NCBI GenBank assembly: GCA_051382295.1
Contig: JBBCAW010000052.1
Coordinates: 21,940 to 85,939, forward strand
Direction of reading: 5' to 3'
DNA length: 64,000 nt
Source: Bdellovibrionota bacterium FG-1
GTDB taxonomy: Bacteria > Bdellovibrionota > UBA1018
The position numbers and the translations under genes were made by a program. How positions within the stretch are numbered: position 1 is the first letter of the stretch; each line of letters opens with the position of its first letter. Positions 1 to 9,999 of the stretch are shown here, piece after piece. The notes beneath the pieces are model-generated. The model ran no database searches and was not told where the DNA came from. It saw only the letters and a list, made by a program, of their open reading frames with translations.

Positions 1-511
1 CAAGATCTACCGTTTCTGCACAAACTTGAAAGAGACGCTGACCCGAAGGATGACGCGAGCTCACTGCGCCACTATGAGCCACACTGGTAAACGCAACCGT
101 CGTCATGCCGCGACGATTGGCCTCCAGCGCCAAATCAACCACTGCGGCGTTAATCCCTGATTGAGAACAAAGCCAAAGCATCTCGCCCTCACGTGGCTCC
201 GCGCGATTCAAGAGCGGCGTAGCTACCCCAGGCGTACGTTCCAGAAGACGAACCACCGGAGGCCCGGCCGTGGGCAAAAGATAATCAGCCACCAAAGGGA
301 GGACAAAAGAGGGACCGCCGGCGCGGTGATAAATTTCCATCGGAAACATCGCCGAGTGCCCACTGCCAAAAACCAATAAAGACTTGCCCTGAGGAATATC
401 CAGCACAAGACGCCCCACCAAGCGTTCGAGAACTTCGCGGTTGTTCCCAACCAGGGCACCTAAATGAGGAAGCGCCACCGCACCAAAAGCATCTACTCCG
501 AGCATACTCAT
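1..511 (-). CDS. SIS (sugar isomerase) domain protein, UPF0309-like; runs off the left edge
   Basis: Not in the ORF track. Manual translation from the ATG overlapping the lptD stop gives MSMLGVDAF...LLVFGSGHSAMFPMEIYHRAGG...CSQSGINAAVVDLALEA...SSRHPSGQRLFQVC, with the FGSGHS, RAGG and SRHxSG motifs of SIS proteins. Confidence 0.8.
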   Translation of the reverse strand, partial: MSMLGVDAFGAVALPHLGALVGNNREVLERLVGRLVLDIPQGKSLLVFGSGHSAMFPMEIYHRAGGPSFVLPLVADYLLPTAGPPVVRLLERTPGVATPLLNRAEPREGEMLWLCSQSGINAAVVDLALEANRRGMTTVAFTSVAHSGAVSSRHPSGQRLFQVCAETVDL

Positions 512-3039
512 TTTAGCACTCCCGTCTGTGCGGCCATTTCAGTGACTCCGCCATAACCGCTGCCCGTGATGTTCAAGGCCATATCGACGTTCCAGTGTAA
601 ACCCGTGGCCAAATCATAGGGCATACTGAGCGTAAACTTCCAGCACCGCGAAGGACTTTGAATCTGGATATCCAGCTCACCGGCTTGAAATTTCTGGGTC
701 AAAAAATTTCGAGTCAAACTCAAAGTAGGCAGCAAATAATCCGAAACTGAATAATTTAAAACCAAGGCTGCCACACTCGTGCCCCCGCTAGGATCCGTAT
801 TTCCTACCTGATCCCAGGTGTAATTCAAAGTCAGCGACCGATTATAACTAAAAATCCCCCTATGCACCGTGGGATAGGTCAGCCAATAAGTCAGGGCTCC
901 TGTGTAATATTGATTATAAACCCTGTCCCCCATGTAAGGATAATAATAATAGGTGTGCGTATAACGCAGTGTCGGTAAATTGAGTTCCATGGTCGTAAAA
1001 AGACGTGAAAAAGGATGCGGTGTGTGCGGCTGATACCCTAACTCAGGATGATTCGGATCTATAAGAATCGGGTCTCCGATCGCATTTTCTTCATACGGAT
1101 GGTATTCTCTGAAATTGATTGCTTCACCCGCCGTTACCTCCAGAAATTTTAAATAGTATGTATTTAAGGATTCAAAAGCCCCCAAGCGTCGAATCAACTG
1201 ACTGGTCAAACCTAAAGCCAATGAATTTCCAAGCGGAATATAATAATTGGTCGAACCAGCACTCGCGTCCCGCTGCACAACATCGTAATTATCAAAATAG
1301 TAACCAGGGGTGCCATTTTTTCCGGCGTTACGGATTTGCTGTAAAAAAGGGTGCTCCGCCCAACTTTCACGAATCAAGGGTGAAGGAATATAAGAATAAG
1401 TCAGCACCGGTCGAATCAAATGCTTCAAACGAGGCGCATCTTTTTCAGATGGAATGTCGTAAACTCTTTCCAACTGAGTACTCAAATCCAGCTGCGTTAA
1501 CACATAATACCGCGCGAGATCAGGCACCTTGAAACGATCGGTACTTGGAAACGAATAGAAATATCCGAATCCTTTCACCGAGGGTACGAGCGAAAACAAA
1601 TCAAAAGGCCGAATCGTCGTATACAATGAAGGCGTCAATGAAAGTCGGGTCGCCTTTCGAATAGGATCCACGCCCGGATTGTAAGCGGGTGGATTGTCTG
1701 GAGTCAGCACCCCAAAAGGCACGCTTGTCTTATCGTAATCAAAGGCATCCCGCGAACGCGTAAAGTTGACCAGACCCAGGCTGAGGCCTGCAACCAAAGG
1801 GGATCCAAATAGAGGCCACTCACGCGTGGTCAGTGCCGCCTTGGGAACAACTTGCACGGTTCTCGGATCAGCTTGAGTGACCTGAAGGATAGGCTCAGGC
1901 ACCGTATTAATTAAGGTCCGGTACCACCGCGCCCCCACGTAAGCGCTCAACTCCGGATTTGCGTAGCTAAAATTAAGACTCGACTCCAGACTGAGTTCAT
2001 TGTTAGCCACGACATCGTTATTGCGCATGGCCTCACCCAGCTTCCAAGGGTAGAGATTATCACTCACTTCTTGAATTCGTAGTTTTTCTTCAATCCCCCA
2101 CGGCAAGGCGTGCGACTGCGTCACATTCAAGGACCACCGATCGGGCGAGGGCATACCCCGGCCCCACATGTCATTAAACTGGGAATCTCGAACAAAATTA
2201 AAATCAACCGTGGCCGCGCCGCCATCCAGGGCATAGCGCCCCTCCCACTCCACTCGCGGACCTCGCTTGGTGTAATCGCCCACCGCAAGGGACATATCTA
2301 AGCTGCGGTTGATCGCCCAGAAAAACGGCACCATAAAAACCACACCGTTATTGGTCGCTAACGAAAAATTCGGAAACAAAAACCCGGTTTGTCGTCGGGT
2401 TTTCATCGGCATGATCAAATAGGGCAACCAAAAAGCCGGCGTATCCGTAATTTTTCCGGTAACCCCATCCATATAGGCATAGCCTTCGATCTGCATATCC
2501 ACATCGTCAGCAAGCAAGCTCCAAGATCCCGGACAATCTTGACAGGTCGTATACTCCCCTCGATGGGTTTGGAAATGCCCTGCCCCGAGCTTGTTAATTC
2601 GCTCCCCCGAAAGTGAAAACTGATCATTAGAAACACGCCCGCCCACGACCGTACCGGTTCGGGTGTCCAAATTAAAATGCATTTCCTCACCACGAATCAC
2701 CGACCCTGGCGCAACATAGACACAGTGGCCCCTAGCATCGAGCAGCCGGGTATTCATATCCATGGTGATATAATCGGCAGTCAAGGTCTCGCCCGGCTGA
2801 GAAACTACGGCATGCCCAAACAACTCAACTCGATTTTCTTTGCGATGCCACAACTGACGATCTGCCGATGAATGAATGGGTTGACCTTCAGTGATGGCGT
2901 CAGCATCCCGCACTTGGGTCCATGGACACATCAGCAAAAAACTCAGCAACGTGAGTGCTCGTCTCAGACGAACGTTACTAGCTAGCCTCAAAGGTCTTCC
3001 GGAAAAAGACACGTTTGCCGTCCTAACCGCCACATCCAT
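508..3039 (-). CDS. lptD: LPS-assembly outer-membrane protein LptD (true start probably a little downstream of 3039)
   Basis: OstA-like N-terminus (LTADYITMD, GEEMHFNLDT, YTTCQDCP), RQTGFLFP motif, long beta-barrel region and a C-terminal SRCW. Confidence 0.85.
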   Translation of the reverse strand: MDVAVRTANVSFSGRPLRLASNVRLRRALTLLSFLLMCPWTQVRDADAITEGQPIHSSADRQLWHRKENRVELFGHAVVSQPGETLTADYITMDMNTRLLDARGHCVYVAPGSVIRGEEMHFNLDTRTGTVVGGRVSNDQFSLSGERINKLGAGHFQTHRGEYTTCQDCPGSWSLLADDVDMQIEGYAYMDGVTGKITDTPAFWLPYLIMPMKTRRQTGFLFPNFSLATNNGVVFMVPFFWAINRSLDMSLAVGDYTKRGPRVEWEGRYALDGGAATVDFNFVRDSQFNDMWGRGMPSPDRWSLNVTQSHALPWGIEEKLRIQEVSDNLYPWKLGEAMRNNDVVANNELSLESSLNFSYANPELSAYVGARWYRTLINTVPEPILQVTQADPRTVQVVPKAALTTREWPLFGSPLVAGLSLGLVNFTRSRDAFDYDKTSVPFGVLTPDNPPAYNPGVDPIRKATRLSLTPSLYTTIRPFDLFSLVPSVKGFGYFYSFPSTDRFKVPDLARYYVLTQLDLSTQLERVYDIPSEKDAPRLKHLIRPVLTYSYIPSPLIRESWAEHPFLQQIRNAGKNGTPGYYFDNYDVVQRDASAGSTNYYIPLGNSLALGLTSQLIRRLGAFESLNTYYLKFLEVTAGEAINFREYHPYEENAIGDPILIDPNHPELGYQPHTPHPFSRLFTTMELNLPTLRYTHTYYYYPYMGDRVYNQYYTGALTYWLTYPTVHRGIFSYNRSLTLNYTWDQVGNTDPSGGTSVAALVLNYSVSDYLLPTLSLTRNFLTQKFQAGELDIQIQSPSRCWKFTLSMPYDLATGLHWNVDMALNITGSGYGGVTEMAAQTGVLK

Positions 3040-3893
3040 TGCCGCAATTCACCCGCCAAATCCTTGCGCGCCACGATGCGATCCACAAAACCATGTTTTA
3101 ATAAAAATTCGCTCCGCTGAAACCCTTTGGGCAACGCTTGTCGAATGGTCTGCGCAATCACCCGCGGTCCCGCAAAGCCAATCAAAGCTTGCGGCTCAAC
3201 CAAAATCAAATCTCCCAGCATCGCGAACGAAGCCGCGACGCCCCCCGTTGTTGGGTCAGTCAGCACCGAAATAAACGGAATCCCCTCAGATCGAAGATGG
3301 TGAACCATGGCCGATGTTTTAGCCATTTGCATGAGAGAAAGAATCCCCTCCTGCATTCGAGCGCCGCCCGAGGCCGATACCACAACTGCGGGAAGGCGAT
3401 CGATCAAAGCACTTTCCAAAAGGCGAGTGACCTTTTCGCCGACCACGACACCCATGCTGCCGCCCATGAACCTGAATTCAAAGACGCCCAGATGAAAGGG
3501 CAGCCCGTGCAGTTTAGCCTTACCCACCACAAAGGCATCCCGAAGCCCCGTACTCCCTGCTGACGACCGAAGACGCTCTTTGTAAGACTTGATGTCATCA
3601 AACTCCAGCGGATCAGTCGAAACCAAATCCTCAGCATACTCATCAAAACTTCCTTCGTCCGTCAGCATGGCGATTCGATCTGCTGCAGTCATCCGAAAGT
3701 GAAAAGAACATTCCGGGCACACTTGCAGGGATTCCTTCAAAACCTTCGACTGGAGGATTTCGCTGCATTGGGTACACCTCACCCATAGACCTTCGGGAAC
3801 TTTGGAAGTTCGCTGCGAAACCTGAGTTTTAATGCGGGGTGTCTTAAGATCATCAAACCAAGGCATAGAAGATGCCGGGAAAGTAACAGGCAT
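2988..3893 (-). CDS. accD: Acetyl-CoA carboxylase carboxyltransferase beta subunit (likely start 3866)
   Basis: VPEGLWVRC..C zinc finger, FMGGSMG, SASGGARMQEG, PTTGGVAASFA and IGFAGPRVI motifs. Confidence 0.97.
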   Translation of the reverse strand: MPVTFPASSMPWFDDLKTPRIKTQVSQRTSKVPEGLWVRCTQCSEILQSKVLKESLQVCPECSFHFRMTAADRIAMLTDEGSFDEYAEDLVSTDPLEFDDIKSYKERLRSSAGSTGLRDAFVVGKAKLHGLPFHLGVFEFRFMGGSMGVVVGEKVTRLLESALIDRLPAVVVSASGGARMQEGILSLMQMAKTSAMVHHLRSEGIPFISVLTDPTTGGVAASFAMLGDLILVEPQALIGFAGPRVIAQTIRQALPKGFQRSEFLLKHGFVDRIVARKDLAGELRQWMWRLGRQTCLFPEDL

Positions 3894-3899
3894 CTTGCC

Positions 3900-4490
3900 C
3901 TAGGGCAAACAGGAATTCTTGACTGCGCGCGAAAACCCGTCGATCACCCCGGGGTCAAATTGAGTGCCCGAGTGAACCACCACTTCCCGATAGGCTTTAT
4001 CCGCCGAAATTCCGCGCCGATAAGGCCTGTGGCTTCTCAAAGCATCGTAGGCATCCGCCACTGCCACCACTCGCGCCATCCACGGAATCTGCTCTCCCTG
4101 CAAGCCCTGAGGATACCCGCGCCCGTCCCACCGCTCATGATGAAACCGTATTCCGTCAACCCATCGATCATATCCTTCAACCGTCTGTTCGGAACTCGCA
4201 AGAATTTCAAGACCCAAATCGGGATGCTTTCGCATGATCTTTTGCTCAGTTTCGTCCAGGGCTGAGCACTTTTTTAAAATCGGATCTTCAATCCCAATCT
4301 TGCCGACGTCGTGCAAAAGCGCCGCCAGACGAAGCCACTCCAGTTCAAAGTCCGAAAAAGAGGTCGTCATGTGGCGCGCAATCATCACCGCGTAATGAGC
4401 GACACGTTTTCCATGCCCCCAGGTCACACGATCTTTTTGTTCAATGGCGTGCACGAAGGTTTCGGCGAACTGCTCCGAAAATGAGGACAT
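3900..4490 (-). CDS. Stand-alone HD-GYP domain protein (cyclic dinucleotide phosphodiesterase family)
   Basis: LLHDVGKIG, HHERWDGRGYP, ARVVAVADAYDA, RPYR and GTQFDP motifs. The ORF extends to 4532. Confidence 0.9.
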   Translation of the reverse strand: MSSFSEQFAETFVHAIEQKDRVTWGHGKRVAHYAVMIARHMTTSFSDFELEWLRLAALLHDVGKIGIEDPILKKCSALDETEQKIMRKHPDLGLEILASSEQTVEGYDRWVDGIRFHHERWDGRGYPQGLQGEQIPWMARVVAVADAYDALRSHRPYRRGISADKAYREVVVHSGTQFDPGVIDGFSRAVKNSCLP

Positions 4491-4564
4491 GAAGACATCC
4501 TGTCTTGAAAGAAGGGCGAACTTCCTGTCCACCCAGAGTGTGATTTTGGTTCTTGATTGAGTTT

Positions 4565-4666
4565 AAAAAAATGCCTCAGTGAACGATCATCCTAATCCCA
4601 CCGAGGCCCACGAGAGCGTTATCTTATCTCCCAAGAATCCTTCCATGGATTCATTCCACAACCACA
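4565..4666 (-). ncRNA. Candidate CsrA/RsmA-binding small RNA, or a terminated leader of the HD-GYP gene
   Basis: About 100 nt between a sigma70-like promoter and a hairpin-plus-T7 terminator. It contains six GGA motifs, including the perfect hairpin GAAUCC-AUGGAA-GGAUUC. Confidence 0.5.
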
Positions 4667-4672
4667 TCTTTT

Positions 4673-4700
4673 AGTCTACGGGGGTTCCACCAGGGGTCAA
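4673..4700 (-). promoter_or_regulatory. Sigma70-like promoter TTGACC-16bp-TAGACT
   Basis: The minus strand reads ttgacc cctggtggaacccccg tagact, starting at the rsmI stop codon. Confidence 0.55.
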
Positions 4701-5626
4701 CCCCCCTGACTCACTTTTTTTCCAGAAAGCTTGAGTGCGGCCTCGTAAACTTGCTTTTTAGGGATGCCAAACTGTTGGCTCACCTCTCTAGCCGCTTCTG
4801 AGGCCGAAACCCGGACATTCAGAAGACATTTTAAAGATTTAACCCATTCTGAACTATTCGAAATATTCTCTCGTTCATTTTCCATTTGAGCTAAACCCGA
4901 ACGGGATAAAAGCAGCGCAAAACACCACTCGCCTCGCGCCCCCTCCCGTAACACCTCGTCCGCAACGGCTTTTTGGACTTCCGAGGCCTCTCCAGCAAAA
5001 AGCCGTTCATGGAACTTCGTGAGTTCCTTGCCGACCACCAATTTTGAGGAGGGTTCCTGTTGAGCCAAAAAATCAAGGGCGTCGACAATTCGCTCGGGAC
5101 TCTCAAACCACACAAAAACACGAGAAATTTGCAAATCTACACACCGACGAACGGCTTCCAGCTCATGGAGCCTTTCCTTGGCCTTGCGGTGAAAAAATCC
5201 CCGAAAAACAAAAGCCGTCTCGGAAAATCCAGAAACTGACAAAAGCGTCAACACCGCCGAAGGCCCCGGAATCGGCGTCACGGTGACCTGTTTTTTGAGC
5301 GCCAAAGCCACCAGTTCTGCCCCTGGATCACTCACCGCAGGTGTCCCCGCATCACTGACCAGCGCGAAAGTTTCGCCCGCCACGAGCCGTTCACTGAAAA
5401 ATTCCAACCGCGACACCGGCGCGTGCGCATCCAATCGCTCCAAGCGCTTTCCACTCATCCCCAAGGCACTCAACAACTGCAACGTCCGGCGCGTGTCTTC
5501 ACATAAAATAACAGGTGCATCTTCCAGCGCTTGGCGGGTCCGCGCGGACAAATCCCCTAAATTGCCTATTGGGGTCGCAACCACCCAAAGCCCACTCGGT
5601 AAAACTTGCCTCTTTATCGATTCCAT
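4697..5626 (-). CDS. rsmI: 16S rRNA C1402 2'-O-methyltransferase
   Basis: LWVVATPIGNLGD, CEDTR, LVSDAGTPAVSDPG, PIPGPSA, FESP and ELTKFHE motifs. Confidence 0.95.
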   Translation of the reverse strand: MESIKRQVLPSGLWVVATPIGNLGDLSARTRQALEDAPVILCEDTRRTLQLLSALGMSGKRLERLDAHAPVSRLEFFSERLVAGETFALVSDAGTPAVSDPGAELVALALKKQVTVTPIPGPSAVLTLLSVSGFSETAFVFRGFFHRKAKERLHELEAVRRCVDLQISRVFVWFESPERIVDALDFLAQQEPSSKLVVGKELTKFHERLFAGEASEVQKAVADEVLREGARGEWCFALLLSRSGLAQMENERENISNSSEWVKSLKCLLNVRVSASEAAREVSQQFGIPKKQVYEAALKLSGKKVSQGG

Positions 5627-5666
5627 CTGACATCAGATAATAGAGAAAGAACTGGAGATCGGAAAG

Positions 5667-6023
5667 ATGAAAACCCAAATCAAAAAAAATGGCGACACCA
5701 TCGTGGTGTCTATGGACGGGAAACTCGACTTTGAGACCAATGTCCCCTTGCGCGAAGAGCTCTCCAAGCTCATCAAGCCCCATAAGACGGATTCAACGCC
5801 GAAAAAAATCATTTTCAATCTCGAAAATCTTGAATTCGTCGGTTCCAGCGGAATCTCCTCGTTTGTGCAAACACTCAAGGAGTTCAATGCGGTTGCCCAA
5901 GAAAAGCCACGGTACTGTCACGTTAAAAGTGAATTTCGACGAGTGATGAAAGCTTTTGACGAAACCGAAGTTTTTGAGTTTTACGACACTGAAGAGCGCG
6001 CAAAAAAAAGTTTCGACCAATAA
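5667..6023 (+). CDS. STAS domain anti-sigma-factor antagonist
   Basis: 118 aa with GKLD and IIFNLENLEFVGSSGI (STAS phospho-Ser motif). Confidence 0.85.
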   Translation: MKTQIKKNGDTIVVSMDGKLDFETNVPLREELSKLIKPHKTDSTPKKIIFNLENLEFVGSSGISSFVQTLKEFNAVAQEKPRYCHVKSEFRRVMKAFDETEVFEFYDTEERAKKSFDQ

Positions 6024-6033
6024 ACGAAGCGAT

Positions 6034-6483
6034 TTAAAAGCGCAAAACAGTCCAGTGAGCATTCCACCCATCTCGGGCCCAATCATGCTCTCTTGGAGCC
6101 GGAGTGCGCACAGATGCGAGTCGACGAAATTCTATTTGCGGATCACCGCTTCGAGCGTTGTTTAAATAAGAAGTCCGAAACCGATCTTCGGGCGGTTCTG
6201 CGCTAAAAACAAAATAGAGCCCCACCGCTATACCCAAATAAAGGCCCACAGAGCTTCCTATAAAAATCGTCCGCACATCGCGGCTCATCGGAAGAGACGC
6301 AACCCCCAAAATCGTGCCCCCCGCCAATCCATACTCGCCCGCTAAAAGTACAGTCTGAACATCCGGATCCATGGCGCGCGCTAGCGGAGCAACCGTCACG
6401 CCAGCCGCAAAAATTCCAACCACCATCCACGCGGTGACCAACAACGACTTCTTTTTTGGGCTATTACCTCGAAAATCCAGCAT
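6034..6483 (-). CDS. Hypothetical membrane or exported protein
   Basis: Signal-like N-terminus and two Gly-rich hydrophobic helices; co-oriented with the yraN operon. Confidence 0.6.
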   Translation of the reverse strand: MLDFRGNSPKKKSLLVTAWMVVGIFAAGVTVAPLARAMDPDVQTVLLAGEYGLAGGTILGVASLPMSRDVRTIFIGSSVGLYLGIAVGLYFVFSAEPPEDRFRTSYLNNARSGDPQIEFRRLASVRTPAPREHDWARDGWNAHWTVLRF

Positions 6484-6516
6484 TCTCCTCTAAGCTCTCA
6501 GGGCAAAGACTGTTGG

Positions 6517-6957
6517 TCAAGCCTGCGTCCAAAGATTCTGAAAATACTGCCACTGTCGACCATCCCAACCCAGGACATCCAGGCGGGCAGTCTCTGCTTG
6601 ACCCCGGTACCCCGAAAGATACCATGAAATCGCCCGCCTCAGCCGCCGCTGTTTAGATAGTCCGACACTTTCAAGGGGCGTTTGCCACCCCCCGGGTAAA
6701 CGTGCCCTCACCTCAATAAAAACCAACTCAGTGGCGCCTTCTCCTGACCCCTCTAGCTCCGCCGGGGGTTCTTCAAAAATCAGATCGATCTCGCCGACCT
6801 TACAACGAAAACCCCGCTCCAAAAACCGAGCCTGCGGAAACTTCTGACGATACCAAGTTTCGGCATCGCGCTCCACGCGCCAACCCCAATGGAGTGCTGA
6901 CTCATCTTCAATTCGATCCAAGCTCATTTGACGGCAAGTCTGCACAAAGTGCACCAT
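6517..6957 (-). CDS. yraN: YraN family (UPF0102) putative endonuclease
   Basis: GEIDLI, LVFIEVRAR, ESV..SKQRRLRRA and RLDV motifs; follows rnhB. Confidence 0.85.
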   Translation of the reverse strand: MVHFVQTCRQMSLDRIEDESALHWGWRVERDAETWYRQKFPQARFLERGFRCKVGEIDLIFEEPPAELEGSGEGATELVFIEVRARLPGGWQTPLESVGLSKQRRLRRAISWYLSGYRGQAETARLDVLGWDGRQWQYFQNLWTQA

Positions 6958-7678
6958 TCGCTATCAATCGGGCCACGGGAGCAAAACTTCGCCGATGAAT
7001 CAAACAAGGACCTAACCGAGCCAAAGCAGCCTGGTGTGCTGGAGTGCCATATCCCTTGTGAATTCCGAATCCATAACCCGGCCACTGATCGTCCAACTTT
7101 GCCATCTGACGATCACGCCAAACCTTGGCCAGGATCGATGACGCAGCGACACTCAAGCATTTTAAATCGCCCTTAACCACCGCCGTTGCGGCACATGGAA
7201 GCCCCTGCGGAATTCGATTGCCGTCAATAATAGCATGAAAGGCCACCCCACCCCCCCGTTCCAACGCCTGATTGACAGCAATCTGTGCAGCTCGAACCAT
7301 CGCTAAGTGAGAGGCATGATAAATATTGAGGCGATCGACTTCCTCGACCGAAGCGACACCAATACCATAGGAAAAAGCCCATTTTTCAAGCAAGGGTGCC
7401 AGTTCATCACGCTTTGCCGGGGTCAAACACTTACTATCGGCAACCCGCTTCAACCACGGATCGCGCTCAAAATCCACCGCAGGGGGCAGAACCAAGGCCC
7501 CTGCTACCACTGGACCCGCCAGACATCCGCGGCCGACCTCGTCTACTCCAATGAGCCAAACATGCGGGTACCCTAATTTTTGTTCCCATTCAAGATCCGG
7601 TGACCGGGTTTTGGACTTGGATCCAGAACGCGCGGCCACCGATTTTCTTGAAATAGTTTTTTTCTCTGAAGGACTCAC
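6908..7678 (-). CDS. rnhB: Ribonuclease HII
   Basis: GVDEVGRGCLAGPVVA, DSK, IDGN, VKGD..SVAASSILAKV and HKGYGT..H motifs. Confidence 0.97.
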   Translation of the reverse strand: MSPSEKKTISRKSVAARSGSKSKTRSPDLEWEQKLGYPHVWLIGVDEVGRGCLAGPVVAGALVLPPAVDFERDPWLKRVADSKCLTPAKRDELAPLLEKWAFSYGIGVASVEEVDRLNIYHASHLAMVRAAQIAVNQALERGGGVAFHAIIDGNRIPQGLPCAATAVVKGDLKCLSVAASSILAKVWRDRQMAKLDDQWPGYGFGIHKGYGTPAHQAALARLGPCLIHRRSFAPVARLIANGALCADLPSNELGSN

Positions 7679-8136
7679 TTCTTAGCTGGAGCATCCTTAG
7701 CGGCTGCCTTGGCAGCAGCGGAAGCCAAGGTTTCGACCGCGCGCTCGATACGAGCAGCCTTACCTTCGAGACCACGCAGGTAATAAAGCTTAGCACGACG
7801 AATGCGGCCTTCTTGCACCAACTCGAGCTTGGCAATCTTAGAGGAGGTTTCGACAAAAATACGTTCGACGCCAACGCCATGAGAAATCTTGCGAACGATG
7901 AAACTCTTGCCACCGTCTTTATTACGACGACCAATGACCACCCCTTCGTAGGGCTGAACACGCTCTTTATCGCCTTCTTTAATGCGAACATGAACCCGAA
8001 CCGTATCCCCCGCTTTAAACAGAGGAAACTCGGAACGAACGAGCTTCGCTTCTACTGCGGCCACTCGAGCGGCAAGCCCGGTGATCTTGGCAGTAGCGTT
8101 TTTGGAGGTACGACGATATTTCTTTTTAGTTTTCAT
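7675..8136 (-). CDS. rplS: 50S ribosomal protein L19
   Basis: FKAGDTVRVHVRIKEGDKERVQPYEG, VRKISHGVGVER and RRAKLYYLR motifs. Confidence 0.98.
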   Translation of the reverse strand: MKTKKKYRRTSKNATAKITGLAARVAAVEAKLVRSEFPLFKAGDTVRVHVRIKEGDKERVQPYEGVVIGRRNKDGGKSFIVRKISHGVGVERIFVETSSKIAKLELVQEGRIRRAKLYYLRGLEGKAARIERAVETLASAAAKAAAKDAPAKK

Positions 8137-8218
8137 AGGAACTTTCAGTTTTTCATTTGGACGTTTTTGACGCCTAGCCAGTTGTCATTGTAAAGCTCGG
8201 TTTTAGCCTCACAACCGG

Positions 8219-8836
8219 TTACTGCCCGAACAGCCGATCGAGAATAATCGCGACAGCGGAACGAACGGAGAGGTGATTATACCCCTCTTTACCTTTAGGC
8301 CCGTACACCGGAGCCAGGATCCGGTGTACCTCGGGATAAAAGGCATCCGAAATTCCCCAACCGGTTCCAAAGACCAGAACAACTGGCCGATTTCCTCGAT
8401 TCGGATCCGCAAGCTCCTCCCGATATTGGGAGTAACTGACAGAATTCGGAAGCGGTCGCGCATCGGTCAAGACCACTTCAGGGTCAATTCCATGCACGGC
8501 GCGAATGGCGGTTTTCACTTCATCAAAATTTCTCACCAACCGAACCAGTGAAAGCGCCTCAACGCGATCCGGGTGATGTTTTTTTGCCGAATCAGACCCC
8601 CAATACTGCAAGATCCGTCCAACTACTTCATGCTGGTCCTCAATGGGGGTCACTAGAAAGTACCCCATCGCTCCATATGTCCGTGCCGACCTCGAAATAT
8701 CATGGATATCCATGTTTGTAACTGAGGTCGTCACTGCCTCGCCATTTCGATTCACCACAGGGGCATGCAGGAGAGTGACATAAAGTGGAGCCAACACGTA
8801 GGCTAGCGAGATAGCATGATCAGCACCAAGCTTCAA
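8219..8836 (-). CDS. SPOUT-type SAM-dependent RNA methyltransferase (TrmD-adjacent family)
   Basis: LLHAPVVNRNG..VTTSVTNMDIHDISRSARTYG, FGTGWG and YNHLSVRSAVAIILDRL motifs. Confidence 0.9.
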   Translation of the reverse strand: MKLGADHAISLAYVLAPLYVTLLHAPVVNRNGEAVTTSVTNMDIHDISRSARTYGAMGYFLVTPIEDQHEVVGRILQYWGSDSAKKHHPDRVEALSLVRLVRNFDEVKTAIRAVHGIDPEVVLTDARPLPNSVSYSQYREELADPNRGNRPVVLVFGTGWGISDAFYPEVHRILAPVYGPKGKEGYNHLSVRSAVAIILDRLFGQ

Positions 8837-8854
8837 TCAATTTGGTGACTTTTG

Positions 8855-9628
8855 TCACTTTTCGACGAGCAAATCGGGGCGCTTTTGTGCCGTTCTTTGT
8901 TCCATTTGGCGCCTGCGCCACTCAGTAATCGCACCATGATCCCCGGTCATTAAAATGTCTGGCACGGCCAAACCCTCGTAATCCCGAGGGCGCGTGTACT
9001 GTGGGTATTTCACTAGCCCACCTTCCAGACTATCCTGAGTAATCGAACGCTGATTGCCCACAACCCCGGGCAATAATCGAGTAATGGCTTCAGCCATAAT
9101 CAAAGCCGGTAACTCACCGCCGGTCAAAACGTAGTTACCAACCGAAACCTCACGATCCACACAAAGATCAATAAATCGCTCGTCGACCCCTTCATAATGG
9201 CCGCAGACCAAAATAAGCTGAGAGTAAGTGGCAAGCTCTTTGGCCATTTCCTGATCAAAAAGCTGACCTTGAGGAGAAAGTAAAATCGTGGCCACTTTTT
9301 GGGAGGCTCCGACAGGGGGGAGCACGGACTTCCAGGCGGCGTGAAGCACGTCCACCTTCAGCAACATGCCTTCCCCACCGCCATAGGGCGTGTCGTCTAC
9401 GGTATGATGTTTATCCGTAGCGAAACTGCGAATCTGGGTAGTCTGAAAAGAAACAAGTCCCTTTTTTTGGGCTTTCCCCATCAAACTAAAATCCAACACT
9501 GTCGGAAATACTTCCGGAAAAAGTGTCAGAAAATGAAATTCTAACAACGGTCGCCCAGACACCGAAGTCTGAGGGTTATTCGATGATTTCGAGGACTGTT
9601 CTTTTTCGAAGCTTAGTGGATGCGCCAT
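8855..9628 (-). CDS. trmD: tRNA (guanine37-N1) methyltransferase (true start probably near 9547)
   Basis: [43 protein letters not shown] and YPQYTRP motifs. Confidence 0.97.
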   Translation of the reverse strand: MAHPLSFEKEQSSKSSNNPQTSVSGRPLLEFHFLTLFPEVFPTVLDFSLMGKAQKKGLVSFQTTQIRSFATDKHHTVDDTPYGGGEGMLLKVDVLHAAWKSVLPPVGASQKVATILLSPQGQLFDQEMAKELATYSQLILVCGHYEGVDERFIDLCVDREVSVGNYVLTGGELPALIMAEAITRLLPGVVGNQRSITQDSLEGGLVKYPQYTRPRDYEGLAVPDILMTGDHGAITEWRRRQMEQRTAQKRPDLLVEK

Positions 9629-9857
9629 TTAAAATCGTACGAATCGAACGGGCTGTACGGCCTTGTTTTCCGATAATCTTTCCGAGATCTTCTTTGGCTA
9701 CCTTAAGCTCAATCACGGTGGTGTTTTCGCCCACGATCTCATAAACCGAGACCTGATCCGAAAGATCAACCAACATCCTGGCCATGTACTCGATCATCTT
9801 GGCAAGTTCGCTCAGCTGCTTAGCCTCGCTCTTTCCATCAGACGTCTCATTTGACAT
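9576..9857 (-). CDS. khpA: KH domain RNA-binding protein
   Basis: [27 protein letters not shown]; canonical position after rpsP. Confidence 0.93.
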   Translation of the reverse strand: MSNETSDGKSEAKQLSELAKMIEYMARMLVDLSDQVSVYEIVGENTTVIELKVAKEDLGKIIGKQGRTARSIRTILNGASTKLRKRTVLEIIE

Positions 9858-9999
9858 TGCGCCTCCTCAGGTCGAGATCTCGATTAAGCCTCATCGCGGC
9901 TAAGGTTTACCAGGATTTCACCTAGATAAACCCCAACAGCTGACGGCCTAAATGGAGCGCCCCAAGAGGTCAAACTGAACCGAAGGTGACCGCTCAGTC

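Noticed and set aside
161..459. Short ORFs 161-379 (+) and 223-459 (-)
   Set aside because: They are alternate frames of the edge-truncated SIS gene.
4533..4696. RNase P RNA (often near rsmI) or a c-di-GMP riboswitch
   Set aside because: The gap is too short for RNase P RNA and lacks the GAGGAAAGTCC signature; I saw no recognisable GEMM motif.
8040..8136. Basic N-terminal extension of L19 as a novelty
   Set aside because: Terminal extensions of ribosomal proteins vary commonly between lineages and nothing else supports a special role.
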